Assembly: GCA_965216755.1 (NCBI GenBank)
Contig: CBDCGL010000011.1
Coordinates: 384,001-448,000 of the forward strand
Length of the DNA stretch: 64,000 nucleotides
Reading direction: 5' to 3'
From: Alphaproteobacteria bacterium
Lineage (GTDB): Bacteria > Pseudomonadota > Alphaproteobacteria > UBA7887
Within the stretch, counting starts at the first letter, position 1, and every line of letters begins with the position of its first letter. Below are positions 53,804-64,000 of this stretch, piece after piece. The translations under genes and the position numbers were made by a program. The notes beneath the pieces were generated by a model that saw nothing but the letters and a program-made list of their open reading frames with translations, was not told the origin of the DNA and did not search any database.

Positions 53804-54265
53804 TAGAGCGCTTTCCGGCCATATTGAACCATTCTGCCGGAGCGACTTTGTGACAAGATCAAGTCGATGTCCGCAGGCCGTATCGGGCATACGGCTACGG
53901 ACAGCGTCGTCGCGATTGTCACAAAATCGCCCGGCCCTGCGGGTTTGCGACCGGCAGGCGTCCCCCAATGGGAATCCATGTGGGCGACCACATTGGTCGG
54001 CCGACTTGCCCGATGCGCGCGTGCGGTGGATCGGACGTTCGCTTGATCTTGCATCGAGCACCAGAGCGAACGTCCGATCCGTGAACCACACGAGATCCAA
54101 ATATTCGGCTCGTGTCCTGACGAAACCGAAGTTCGTAAGGCGCCTGGGGTCAGACGTGACGAACTTCGGTTTCGGGACACGAGCATCGCGCTGCGGCGCC
54201 CTTCGTGTGGACCGCCGCGCCGGACCGCAAACAGAATTGACTCAATATGGTCGAAAAGCGCTCTA
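53804..54265. mobile_element. Non-coding, highly structured MITE-like element
   Basis: 24-bp terminal IR with 2 mismatches, starting TAGAGCG and ending CGCTCTA, enclosing at least six hairpins. Confidence 0.7.
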
Positions 54266-54301
54266 TGATCGGAGTGCCCGTGCTGAAGCGTTGCGACCTT
54301 G

Positions 54302-55513
54302 CTAATCGGTGCGCGAGACGATGATGATGTCCCCCGGTTGTATTCTTTCCGCACTCGTCACAGGACTTTTTTCTGCGCCATCGGGGCCGTGGCGGATCAG
54401 TGAGAACGTGTGAAAAGCGAACTCGTCGGTCAGCGACGGCGAGTCGGCGTGCATCGATTCTCGCAAGGCCAAAAGTTGAGATTGGGCGAGGATCTGTTCC
54501 TCTAATACGGCGATATTGGCCTCAACGTCGGCCAACGCAGCGGCAACATCGGTTCCGCGTTCATTTGCAGCCGAAAACGTTTCATACTTTGCCTCGTTAA
54601 TGTTCAGTCTCGCTTTGGTGGCGTCCAATATGGTTCTACGGCGTTCAGATTTGAGGTCCAAGATCTGGTTTTGCAGGTCGACGACTTGAACTGTGCGCGC
54701 GAGCCCGCGGTCAAGAAGTTCGTTTCTTTTCTCGAGCTCTTCTTCCATAAAGGCGATTGTGCTGTTGATGGATTCCGCATGCCGGTTGAGCGCGCCAATC
54801 TCATTCTGATAGATCTCAATTTGCGCTGGGTTATGGCTGGTTTGCTCGCCGATTGCCGATTTGCGCAGGGCAAAAAGACGGCGCTCTTGGTCAATTGCCA
54901 AGCGGCCGGACGGCGTATTCTCAAAGTCGCGTAGTTCCTGCGAGAAGGAGATTTCTTCCAGATTCTGTTGTTCGGCGAGCAATCGTGCACGTCGCGCAAT
55001 CGCGGTCAGGCGTTGCGTCTTCAAAGTATCGACCCGCTCTTTCGCGCGTGTGAGCAGAAGCTGTTGTTCCAAATCGCCTGCAGGATTCCTAAGAAAGCCT
55101 CCCGCCATTGCGACCGCGTCCAACACGGTCGTGTTGACGACATATGGATAGCGATTGGGGGCCTCCACGGCGCCGAGGATGGAGATCGGCCGGTAGGCCA
55201 TGACATCGGCGACGACTTTCAATGTTTCTATTCCGGCCAATTTACGAGCCGCGTCGGCCACGCTTTCTTCGATTTGCGCCAATGTGCGACCAGCCGCCTG
55301 CACGCGGCCGATTGCCTGTATCGAAATACTTCCAGAATCGTCGACCACGGACTCGCCAGAATACTCAGGCCACTGAAAAACCGTCACACGCAGCGTATCG
55401 CCCGGAGCCGTCAAGTAATCGTCGGCGGCACTGCTCGATGGCGGCGTCGCGGACAAAATCTGAACCGCGAAGACAATGAAAAGTCCTTTGCGCATTGATA
55501 TAAGGTGCTTCAT
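54302..55513 (-). CDS. Polysaccharide biosynthesis/export protein (Wza/ExoF-like)
   Basis: PGDTLRVTVF, IGRVQAAGRT, ILGAVEAPNRYPY, AVAMAGGF and IQPGDII motifs with a coiled coil. Confidence 0.9.
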   Translation of the reverse strand: MKHLISMRKGLFIVFAVQILSATPPSSSAADDYLTAPGDTLRVTVFQWPEYSGESVVDDSGSISIQAIGRVQAAGRTLAQIEESVADAARKLAGIETLKVVADVMAYRPISILGAVEAPNRYPYVVNTTVLDAVAMAGGFLRNPAGDLEQQLLLTRAKERVDTLKTQRLTAIARRARLLAEQQNLEEISFSQELRDFENTPSGRLAIDQERRLFALRKSAIGEQTSHNPAQIEIYQNEIGALNRHAESINSTIAFMEEELEKRNELLDRGLARTVQVVDLQNQILDLKSERRRTILDATKARLNINEAKYETFSAANERGTDVAAALADVEANIAVLEEQILAQSQLLALRESMHADSPSLTDEFAFHTFSLIRHGPDGAEKSPVTSAERIQPGDIIIVSRTD

Positions 55514-55708
55514 TCACCGCCCGACCGACAAGAGAGATGCACCAATAGTCTAACCCCAATTCAGGAGGTGGCGTCAAAGAAAAGAAGCTGACGCGTTTTG
55601 GCATCAGTGGAATAACGACATGTGACCGGTCGTGAGCGTTGAGATTCCGGAACGTGAGACGGAGTCCAGGTCAAATGTATCAGGCCGCATATGCTGCGAA
55701 AATGTAGA

Positions 55709-56986
55709 TTACTGATTTTCGATGTTGGGTTTAAACCTGTTTTTCCGGCTTTGGAGCAACGAATTCCAGATGTCTAGGCGGCGTTCTGTAATTCCAGCGA
55801 TGTCAAATTTTGTTTCGACTTTCGCGCGCGCCGCATGCGCCATTCTTTTGCGCATCACAGATGATGTTAGCAGTTGCACGGTCATTTTCGCCGCCGTGGC
55901 GACATCTCCCTGCGCAATGATGATCCCGTCGCGTTCATGTTCGATCAGTTCTTCGATGCCTGGTGACCACGTCACGATTGGAACGCATCCTTGCGACATC
56001 GCTTCCTTGACGACATTTGGTAGACGCTCCGAGGGGTGACGCGACATCGATACCAAGGCTTCGGCACGAGTGAGTTGTGCATAGACGTCGTCATGGGGAA
56101 CAAACCCGAGAAAAGTTATCGCTCCGTTGAGATCAAGTTGCTGCGCAGTTTGCTGCAAGTTCGCCAATTGCGGACCGTCTCCCAAGACGAGCAAGTGGCT
56201 TTCGGGAACTCGTTTGCGAACGAGCGCGAAGGCGCGGAGCGCATCGACCGTGTGTTTTGAGGGTATCAAACGCTCTATCACGAGGATTCGTCCAGGAATC
56301 TTTTGTGTTGGCTTTCCTGGTGACGGCTGGGGTTCGATGCCGTGATAAGCAACTTCGATCCGCGATGAAGTTATCCCAATTTGTGCCAGCGCAGGTCGGT
56401 TGGCTTCGGTGAGAGTCCATACCGTAGGCAACTGGCGAGCCAGCTCCGCGCTACAAACATAGTTCCTCGCCAAGTCGTAGTTGCCCAGAAACATGGAGAC
56501 CAGAGTCGAAGGGACATGGCGGTGCACCAATAGGCCCAGCAGGCTGGGATAATGTCCCCAGAAAAGGTGCAGCACGTCAGGCGGATCGCGACGAACTGCG
56601 GAAAAAACATCAAGGATGCGCGGTGACAAGAGAAGACCGCGTAACACGTCTATCGGTCGATGAATGTTGTGAACCACGACATGGATTAAGAGATCCAAGA
56701 GTATGCGCGGCCGAGAGAGGCCGTACCAGAAGCCACGTATATTCGACCGGAACCCGCTGTGTGTCAGTGGCACTTCATTCAGTCTGTATTCGTCAAACAG
56801 TCTTGCGCAATCGGCGCCACGTGCGCGCAAACATGCAATAGAGATGTCGACGCCGGCGGCACGCAGTCCGCGCACTTCGACGGCCGCAAAGGTCTCCGAC
56901 CGCACCGGGAAACGCATTGTCGCGTAAAGCACGCGAAGCGGCGTCGTCTTGTCGGCTGTCAAAGGATTGTCGATTGATTTCGCCAT
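55709..56986 (-). CDS. Glycosyltransferase family 4
   Basis: FPVRSETF, RLIPSK, LGDGPQ and ERLPNVVKEAM (EX7E) motifs. Confidence 0.9.
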   Translation of the reverse strand: MAKSIDNPLTADKTTPLRVLYATMRFPVRSETFAAVEVRGLRAAGVDISIACLRARGADCARLFDEYRLNEVPLTHSGFRSNIRGFWYGLSRPRILLDLLIHVVVHNIHRPIDVLRGLLLSPRILDVFSAVRRDPPDVLHLFWGHYPSLLGLLVHRHVPSTLVSMFLGNYDLARNYVCSAELARQLPTVWTLTEANRPALAQIGITSSRIEVAYHGIEPQPSPGKPTQKIPGRILVIERLIPSKHTVDALRAFALVRKRVPESHLLVLGDGPQLANLQQTAQQLDLNGAITFLGFVPHDDVYAQLTRAEALVSMSRHPSERLPNVVKEAMSQGCVPIVTWSPGIEELIEHERDGIIIAQGDVATAAKMTVQLLTSSVMRKRMAHAARAKVETKFDIAGITERRLDIWNSLLQSRKNRFKPNIENQ

Positions 56987-57136
56987 TCCGTGAGGTCAAC
57001 TCGATGAGGCGGTTTGTGGAGTCTAGGAATGGCTTTAAGTCTTGCGGTTGCTTTCGTCAATTCACGGTGGAACACATCCAAGCCGGCCCCGCGTCTCTCG
57101 CGTTGTCGAATGGCTGCACCGTCTGTGTGTGTAGGA

Positions 57137-57379
57137 TCAGAAAATCAATAGGTATGCCAGTATGACGATCCAAAGAATGATACCGAGAATGGCGCCCGAG
57201 ATGACGCCATATGTCGACCGCATGGGCTCTCGGTCTTCTTCGGCCTCCAAGTCGCAGCAAACATGCGGTGCGGCGTTTCGTTCGGTCGTATCATCCACGA
57301 GGTCGCCGGTACCTCTTAGTGACAACGTGCGCGTTGCGCGTCGTCCAGTCCACTTCCCAAATGTAGTTTTCATTCTCAT
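57137..57379 (-). CDS. Small hypothetical membrane protein
   Basis: 80-aa ORF with a C-terminal TM helix (YGVISGAILGIILWIVILAYLLIF), downstream of an AT-rich intergenic region. Confidence 0.45.
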   Translation of the reverse strand: MRMKTTFGKWTGRRATRTLSLRGTGDLVDDTTERNAAPHVCCDLEAEEDREPMRSTYGVISGAILGIILWIVILAYLLIF

Positions 57380-57833
57380 GAAAAATATTGCAGTCTTGTC
57401 AATGTGTAGGTGTTAATCTCCTCTGGAGATTGACAAGAAAGAATCACTTTATGTCCAGTTTTTACTGAATGAAACGTTACACATTTTCATGTTGTTGTTT
57501 AAGAACATTTGAAAGACTATTTTGCGTCAAGAATATGAAGTAATTGTGACCAAATAGCAAATCTGTCCGATTCCAACTCGCGTGAACATGTGAGGCGATA
57601 TTGCCTTTCGCCAAAAAATTACCGTATTACCGTCAAACAGTGTGAGTGGCTACGAAATGATGCCAATAACATCAGGACAGGGAGCACGATTGCGTGTCTG
57701 CGCAATGTTCTTGTTGCCATTTGATCGGAATTGCCAAGAGAAGCCGATTCGCCTCCATCGTTCGTTTGGAAAATCTGCCACATCATCCCGCGCTGATCAT
57801 CCGGTTATGAATGTGACGGTGATGCTGTGTTAA

Positions 57834-59085
57834 CCCGGATTTCCCAGATGGAATCCGAATAAGCGGACTCGCTTGAACGATTCTGCTATAAGAATCAATG
57901 AAATACCATCACCAAATCGGTTCAAGACCAGCTTACCCAGCGGGTAACACCAAAAAGGTGCCATTGCGGGTCGATTTCGACCGCCGCCTGAAACTGGAAT
58001 TTCACGGCGGCAAGATCACCTCGGATGCCGGCCTCCTGGCCGACCGGGAACTGGATGTGGTTCCCACCCAGACCGATCTGGCCGGCGTGGCACTGTCAGA
58101 CCTTCGCCGAGGCAAGAACACCCGCCACCTGCTGACGGGCCTGTTGCGCCAATCGCTCTACGGCTGGCTGGCAGGGTACGAAGACGCGAACGCTGCCGAG
58201 CGGGTTTCCCGTGACCCGGCGAAGCGCGCCATCGCGAACTGAAATGGCCTTGAGCGCCGTGTCGCTTCGACCAGTCAGATGGGGCGCTTCGAGACAAAGT
58301 GCCGGGCAACGGTGGAGAACTTGGCGGCCCTGTCCGACCTCTCAGGACTCTGGATCGACCGTGTTCATGATTGCATGAAGTGGACTTACCCGAAAAAAGT
58401 TGAGGGACTTTTGATAGCGTGAGTTGATCAGGACGACCTTATGGACCAACGATCACGACGGAATTTCACGGACGAGTTCAAACGCGAGGCGCTTCGCATT
58501 TTTCAATCAGCGCGGCACGGCCGCGCAATGGACAATAAAAGCAAACAGGCGATCCACTGGACGCGCCAATCCTGCCACAGCTTCCGCAACAACGAGGTTC
58601 GGCCCCAGCTTCATGCGTTAGCCTACAATCTCAGCAACGTCTTGCGCACGCCGGCTCTGCCACAAGAGGTCGAGCATTGGTCGCCGACCACGCTGCAAAC
58701 CAAGCTTATCAAGATCGGCGCCAAGGTGGTGCGCCACGGCCGCCGCGTCACCTTCCAGCTGGCCGCAGTCGCCATCCCCAGACATCTCTACGTCGAGAAC
58801 CTGCGGCGGATCGACGAGCTGCGGCTTGGCCCGGCTGCGGCCATGACAGGCTTCGATTCAGAAGCAATCGGTCTTCCCGACAGAGGTGCCACGCATCGTG
58901 AGTGTCGAAGCGTGCCCTCAATGCATGAGAGATTCGATCTACCAGCTGTTCACCAGCCAAATCGGCCCCACAAGCCCAGGAGATCATCATGCAAAGTCCC
59001 GACCGAACCGAGGTTAGAATCCTATTCGACAGCTGAATGTGCTACTGTTTTTGGTCAGTTGGAGATGTTATCCGGGAAATCTCGG
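57834..59085 (+). mobile_element. Degenerate IS1380-family element
   Basis: IRs CCCGGATTTCCCAGAT / ATCCGGGAAATCTCGG; fragments KITSDAGLL, GYEDAN, NQRGTA and NEVRPQLHALAYNL with stops and frameshifts. Confidence 0.85.
58376..58497 (+). mobile_element. IS3-family left-end fragment inside IS1380
   Basis: TG-starting end followed by the orfA start MDQRSRRNFTDEFKREAL; it sits where the middle of the IS1380 transposase is missing. Confidence 0.65.
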
Positions 59086-59660
59086 ATAAAGACCACGGTA
59101 TGGTCGTCGTCGGCACTGAGGGCATGGTCGCGTTCGACAGTGTTTTGGCGTTTGCCGACGAATCGCGTTTAAATCGCCACGGCGTCGGCCGGAACGGCGA
59201 GGGGCGTGCGGTCGGTCGCGCGGCGGCGGCCGTGCCGATCGCATATCAAGAGGACGAGCCGTTGCATGCCGAATGCGTCCATATTCTGGAATGTGTGCAG
59301 GGCAGGGTACCATCGCGCTCAGATGCCGAGGACGGTTTGCGTGTGTTGACCGCCTGTCAACGGGCTCTGGCCACCAGGATGCCGGCCAATTTGACCACGG
59401 AGCTGCTTTGAGCGCGCCCCAAATTTGTCTGCCTGCCGTGGTCGCCAAAGATGTCCCGGATTTTTGCCTCTGTGTCGGCAACCGGGGTCGGCGCGATCGG
59501 TTGGGTCGGTCGCACCGGCGATCCCTTGAGGCCCGATTTGGTTTGTCCCTGCACCGGCGAACGCTATCGCGAAGACGATGGTGCGCCGCTCCATCCGCGA
59601 AATGCTTATGCCGCCTTTGGTCATGGCGCGGGCGTATGTTGGTGCACCCAACCGGCATAG
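59086..59660 (+). pseudogene. Remnants of a Gfo/Idh/MocA oxidoreductase (WbpB-like) and an N-acetyltransferase (WbpD-like)
   Basis: MVVVGTEGMVAFD...EPLHAEC...SDAEDGLRVL, then AVVAKDVPDF...GN and IGWVGRTGDPL...CPCTGERY in shifted frames. Confidence 0.6.
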
Positions 59661-59689
59661 TGCCGTCGTCGGATTGTTGATTTTGTCGG

Positions 59690-60754
59690 ATGACCCGCCG
59701 ACTGGCTTTCCTTTTGCCGAGCTTTGCCGGTGGTGGTGCGGAACGGGTGATGATCCGTATCGCGTCGGGCCTGGATCCGGGGCGTTATGCGAGCACGATC
59801 TTGGTCATGGACGCGGCCGGTCCATTGTCTGCAAACCTGCCGCGACATATCACCGTGCACGATATCGGCCGGCGCCGGTTGCGCAGCGCGTTGCCGGCGA
59901 TCATCGGCTGGTTGCGCCATCATCGCTCCTATGCGGTGATCGCCAGCTTGGGATACATAAATCTCGGTCTTTTGGCGGCGCGTCCAGCCCTGCCGGTTGA
60001 AACCCACATCGTCGTTCGAGAAGCCAACACACCGTCGTTGGCCTTGCCGCAAAGCCCGCGACCGTGGCTGACTCGACTTGGCTATCGCCTGCTCTATCGG
60101 ACAGCGGACGCGGTCGTGGCACAGCATCAACAAACCGCGGCAGAGATGCGCGACCACTTTCAGGTGCCGGGTCGGGCGTTACACATAATTGCCAACCCGA
60201 TCGATGTGAAGGCGGTGCGTGCCGCCGCGAGCGGCCCCTGGCCAAAACGCGACGCCATCCGTCTGGTGGCCGCCGGACGCCTGGCGCGACAAAAAGGTTT
60301 TGATCGCCTTATTGCGTTGATGGCAGAGACGGCCGCCGACCGCCATCTGACAATCTATGGGGACGGTCCGGAACGTCACGCTCTGCGGCGGCAGATCGAT
60401 GACAGTGGGCTCGGCAACCGAGTCACTTTGGCCGGCTTCACGCCGAACCCGGTGCCGGCGCTGGCGCGCGCCGACGCCTGTGTTCTGTCTTCGCGCTGGG
60501 AAGGTCTGCCCAATGTTGCGTTGGAGGCTTTGGCCTGTGGCACGCCGGTAATCGCGACGCCGCAATCTGGTGGTTTGGTGGCGCTGGGCGGGGCACCGGG
60601 CGTTACCATCGTGCCTTGGGGTCCGGCATTCAAGGCCGCCATCGAGGCCGTTGAGCCGGCGCCCGACACGGGCCTGAGTGCCAGTTTGTTGCCGGCGCAA
60701 TTCGAAAGCACGGCGGTCGTGGCCCAATTCACGGTCATGCTCGATCAGCTGTGA
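59690..60754 (+). CDS. Glycosyltransferase family 4
   Basis: GGGAER, GRLARQKGFD and SRWEGLPNVALEALACGTP motifs. Confidence 0.93.
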   Translation: MTRRLAFLLPSFAGGGAERVMIRIASGLDPGRYASTILVMDAAGPLSANLPRHITVHDIGRRRLRSALPAIIGWLRHHRSYAVIASLGYINLGLLAARPALPVETHIVVREANTPSLALPQSPRPWLTRLGYRLLYRTADAVVAQHQQTAAEMRDHFQVPGRALHIIANPIDVKAVRAAASGPWPKRDAIRLVAAGRLARQKGFDRLIALMAETAADRHLTIYGDGPERHALRRQIDDSGLGNRVTLAGFTPNPVPALARADACVLSSRWEGLPNVALEALACGTPVIATPQSGGLVALGGAPGVTIVPWGPAFKAAIEAVEPAPDTGLSASLLPAQFESTAVVAQFTVMLDQL

Positions 60755-60948
60755 TTGGGGGGTTAATAGCCTGAGCCCACAGCGGGACGCGCGCATCGAC
60801 TGCGCGCCGCGACGAAAAATGAGACCGCCTCCTGTTTGCTGTTTCCCCTCATTTCGGTGTGTGTGTGTAAGATGAACCGGCGCCTATGTAACAAGGCCGC
60901 CGGATCGCCCCGGCTCGGATGTGCAAATAACAAACGCGACGACGACAC

Positions 60949-62100
60949 ATGGCATACGTGTTCGGAATTCTGCTGCTAATCTTGCTGTATACTTATGTTG
61001 GGTATGGGGTGCTCCTGTTTTTCTTAAGGCGGTTTCGAAGAAGACCACGGCCACGATATGACGGTTTTGCGGCAGACGTGACGTTGTTGGTTGCTGCCCA
61101 CAACGAACAGTTGAACATAGGGCGCAAAATCACAAACGCATTGTCATTGAATGTCGGTCCGCACGAACTCGATATCTTGGTTGTCTCGGACGGGTCGACT
61201 GACGGTACCGTCGCGGAAGCACGAGGAAACGGGCACGCCAGAGTTCGGGTTATTGATATCCGACGACATGTCGGAAAGGCTGCAGCGCTAAACCGGGGAC
61301 TTGCCGAATTACGGAGTGATGTCGTCGTCTTTACTGATGCTAACAGCGCTATTGAAAAGGACTCAATCGTCGAACTGATGAAGCATTTCGCCGACCCCTC
61401 GGTCGGCGGGGTCTGTGGCCGGATAGGTGTTCCGAAGAAAAAGCGTAGCTGGATTGGGCATGCCGAGGCCCTGTATTGGCGTTACGATCACAGCTTGAAA
61501 ATGGCTGAGAGTGACCTCGGCGGGGCGGTTTCTGCTCAAGGCGCGCTTTATGCCATTCGGCGCGATTTGATCGGCGCCATACCAGCCGCGGTGGCCGACG
61601 ATTCGTACAATTCGCTTCGGGTTGTCGCGCTCGGTAAGCGTCTGGTCTTCGAGCCGAGCGCCGTCGCGCTGGAGACAGTATCGCCTTCGGCAAAAATGGA
61701 ATTTGGTCGGCGTGTGCGTTCGACTGAACGCGGGTGGCGCAGCTTGATGCTCAATTCGGAGCTTTTCAATCCCGGTAAGTTCGGATTCTATTCACTTCAG
61801 CTGTTTTCTCACAAAGTCTTGCGACGCCTCAGCCCTTTCTTGCTTGTTGGATTGGCGACCGCCAATCTGTTGTTGGTCGCAGACCATGTGGCCTATGCGC
61901 TGGCCGCTGCGATTCAAGCATGTTTCTACCTTCTTGCGATCATCGGCTGGTGGTTGCGGCAGCGCGGTAGCGCGCTCACGTCATTGCCGTTTTTTTTCGT
62001 GATGGGCCATTATGCGATGGCCCTTGGCTTGCTGAATATTCTGTTCGGAAAACAAAGCGCGAAATGGCGGCCCGTCCGCATGGATTCTGCGGACACGTGA
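60949..62100 (+). CDS. Glycosyltransferase family 2
   Basis: AAHNE, SDGSTD, GKAAALN, FTDAN and RRVR motifs with flanking TM helices. Confidence 0.93.
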   Translation: MAYVFGILLLILLYTYVGYGVLLFFLRRFRRRPRPRYDGFAADVTLLVAAHNEQLNIGRKITNALSLNVGPHELDILVVSDGSTDGTVAEARGNGHARVRVIDIRRHVGKAAALNRGLAELRSDVVVFTDANSAIEKDSIVELMKHFADPSVGGVCGRIGVPKKKRSWIGHAEALYWRYDHSLKMAESDLGGAVSAQGALYAIRRDLIGAIPAAVADDSYNSLRVVALGKRLVFEPSAVALETVSPSAKMEFGRRVRSTERGWRSLMLNSELFNPGKFGFYSLQLFSHKVLRRLSPFLLVGLATANLLLVADHVAYALAAAIQACFYLLAIIGWWLRQRGSALTSLPFFFVMGHYAMALGLLNILFGKQSAKWRPVRMDSADT

Positions 62101-62187
62101 TCGGTGAAACGGGCTAGACAATAGATTTCGAAGATCGAAGAGCCCTGGATTATTGATCAAACAAGTAGGGCGCCAAAGATGAAACCG

Positions 62188-64000
62188 TTATTTGACGCTT
62201 TCCGCCAACAGAAAGGCTAACGGTCGCTTGCATGTGCCCAAGCTGGCTTTCTTGAACATGCCGATTGAACCTTCAGTCAAGTGCCCGGACGGGACAACGC
62301 AGACCAAGCCTGGAGCGGGCAGAACAGACGCATGCCAGTCAAAATCCGCCGAAATGGGTTTGAGGCACTCGATGTGAATTTCGTGGGCAGCCAAAATCTC
62401 CTCGTGGGGTCCGAAAACGGAAATCCGATGGCTCCATTCACCAAGAGCTGAGCGTTGCGCGTCGGTCAGGCCAGCTAGACGGCATGAAACGGTTTTCCCC
62501 ATACTTGCGAGCGCTGCCGCCATCACGAGTGTTGCCGAGGACACAAACTGCTGAGGCCCAAGGCCTGTGACCTGAATGACCGGCACCTCGAAGTAGCCGA
62601 GTGCGGACAAACGTAGTTCAAGCGTGGAACCAAGTGACCGAATGCCACGAAGATCTCTCTGGCGCAGGCGCCGACGGCCATGGACGACCGAACGAATAAG
62701 GGGGCGCGGCAAGAATCCGAGCGGTTGTTCGCCGGTGACACGCAAGATGTCGACCGGCGTTCTTATCTTTCGCGACACAATATCAAGCATGAGCAAACTG
62801 GCGAAGGCAGCGAAAACCGCCGCAAAAAGGCCTTTGGCGACATTCGCCAATACTTTCGGCGATGACGGATAGGGCGCTGGTTGGGCCGGGCTGATAATCC
62901 GCAATTGCGACAGTTCCCTCGAACCAGCGAGTTCAAGCGCGGCAACGGGCTGTCGCAATTCGTGGATTTCATCTTCTAAGGAAGCGCGCATGCGCCGTAG
63001 ATCCATGAGCGGCTCCTCTTGTGCATTGATATTGTCGAGGTTTGTCACAAGATCGTCGATCATTATGGAGCGCACGGAGATGCGCCGATCCAACTCGCGT
63101 ATGCGCGCATTGATCAAGTTGATTTCACGGCGCAACGCGTCGCGCGTCTCGCGATCCTCGGATGCGGCCTGTTGTTGTTTGAAGATGCTAAGACGAACTT
63201 TGAGTTGCTCGCCTTCGACCTTATCCTCCGTCAGAATGGTCCGCTCGCTATCGAGCGCATTTCTGAGAGAGAGCCGTTTCTCTTCCAACGACAGGGCGCC
63301 CGACGATTTGCGCCAAGCAAATTCGCGCTCGGCCAGCGTTTCCAAATGCTCCTGTTTTTGGCGGATTTGCTTGGCGAGGCGCGCCTCGAGCACTTTGGCG
63401 GCATCCGCCGCCTGTTCCGATGCGCGTTCCACATATGCGTTTGCCAATGAGTTCGCGAAAGCGGCGGAAAGGTGAGGATCTGACAACGTTGCCTTGATTT
63501 GAAGAATAAAACTGCCCTCGACCGCGTCGATGTCAATGGCTTTCTGGAACTTGGCTATTCTCGCAATGCGTGTATCCGGCGGCTCAGTTATTCCGGAGTT
63601 GACCAGGCGGAACAATGCGTCGAATTGACGGCGTACGTGGCGCACCAAGTCAAAGGCCTTTCGCAGCATCGTCTGAAGCTCCGGTTCGGGCGGCCGCTCC
63701 TCGACATCTGAAGTTATCGAGTCCATGGCCCGCTCGACGACCGGCCAGCTCCTCAAATATTCTTTGTGCGTATTGCTGAGCGCATTTGCTTGATTTTTCC
63801 GTGTACCTCCAAAAAAGCTGCTGGAAAATCGCAACTCGTCTTCGCTTGGTAGCATAGTCACCCGCGCAACACTTGTGTACTCAGGTGAAATGACAAGCTT
63901 GGCCGCGCTTAGAATACCGACAATGGCAGGAATAACGACAACCAAGGCGAACAACGGGCGCCAATGTTGCTTAAATAGAATCCAGTAGTGGTCGACGAAT
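62188..64000 (-). CDS. Wzz/GumC-type polysaccharide co-polymerase (5' end outside the window)
   Basis: Frame stays open to the window edge; TM then PEYTS, coiled coil, IISPA..AP.PSSP, second TM and a degenerate kinase-like tail. Confidence 0.85.
   Translation of the reverse strand, partial: FVDHYWILFKQHWRPLFALVVVIPAIVGILSAAKLVISPEYTSVARVTMLPSEDELRFSSSFFGGTRKNQANALSNTHKEYLRSWPVVERAMDSITSDVEERPPEPELQTMLRKAFDLVRHVRRQFDALFRLVNSGITEPPDTRIARIAKFQKAIDIDAVEGSFILQIKATLSDPHLSAAFANSLANAYVERASEQAADAAKVLEARLAKQIRQKQEHLETLAEREFAWRKSSGALSLEEKRLSLRNALDSERTILTEDKVEGEQLKVRLSIFKQQQAASEDRETRDALRREINLINARIRELDRRISVRSIMIDDLVTNLDNINAQEEPLMDLRRMRASLEDEIHELRQPVAALELAGSRELSQLRIISPAQPAPYPSSPKVLANVAKGLFAAVFAAFASLLMLDIVSRKIRTPVDILRVTGEQPLGFLPRPLIRSVVHGRRRLRQRDLRGIRSLGSTLELRLSALGYFEVPVIQVTGLGPQQFVSSATLVMAAALASMGKTVSCRLAGLTDAQRSALGEWSHRISVFGPHEEILAAHEIHIECLKPISADFDWHASVLPAPGLVCVVPSGHLTEGSIGMFKKASLGTCKRPLAFLLAESVK

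Noticed and set aside
53748-54354. ORFs of 159-185 aa across the structured element
   Set aside because: Arg/Ser-rich low-information translations on both strands; better explained as non-coding palindromic DNA.
58441-59172. 243-aa ORF as an intact gene
   Set aside because: Chimera of an IS3 orfA start, an IS1380 C-terminal fragment and read-through sequence.

Overview
GC-rich alphaproteobacterial chromosome segment. The core backbone (enoyl-CoA hydratase, acyl-CoA synthetase, Mth938 and phytoene-synthase-like pair, trmFO, uvrA, ssb, then gyrA-coaD-ppi-queA-tgt-tRNA-Lys) is interrupted by three accessory blocks. (1) About 20 kb between ssb and gyrA carries two tandem class III cyclase/TPR genes, stacked IS remnants and a FIST-histidine kinase-GGDEF/EAL module. 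(2) A decayed island at tRNA-Lys holds nested IS481/IS5 insertions, DUF262-DUF1524 and TIGR02391 genes, and two paralogous small genes behind LexA-like boxes. (3) A polysaccharide locus has unusual nucleotidyltransferase/kinase/amidotransferase genes. The most unusual signals are a ~40-bp element that sits directly behind three stop codons, the repeated 'cargo gene + SOS box + small ORF' unit, and a 462-bp non-coding element with terminal inverted repeats and many internal helices (53804-54265). All calls come from reading the sequence by eye; no searches or folding programs were run.
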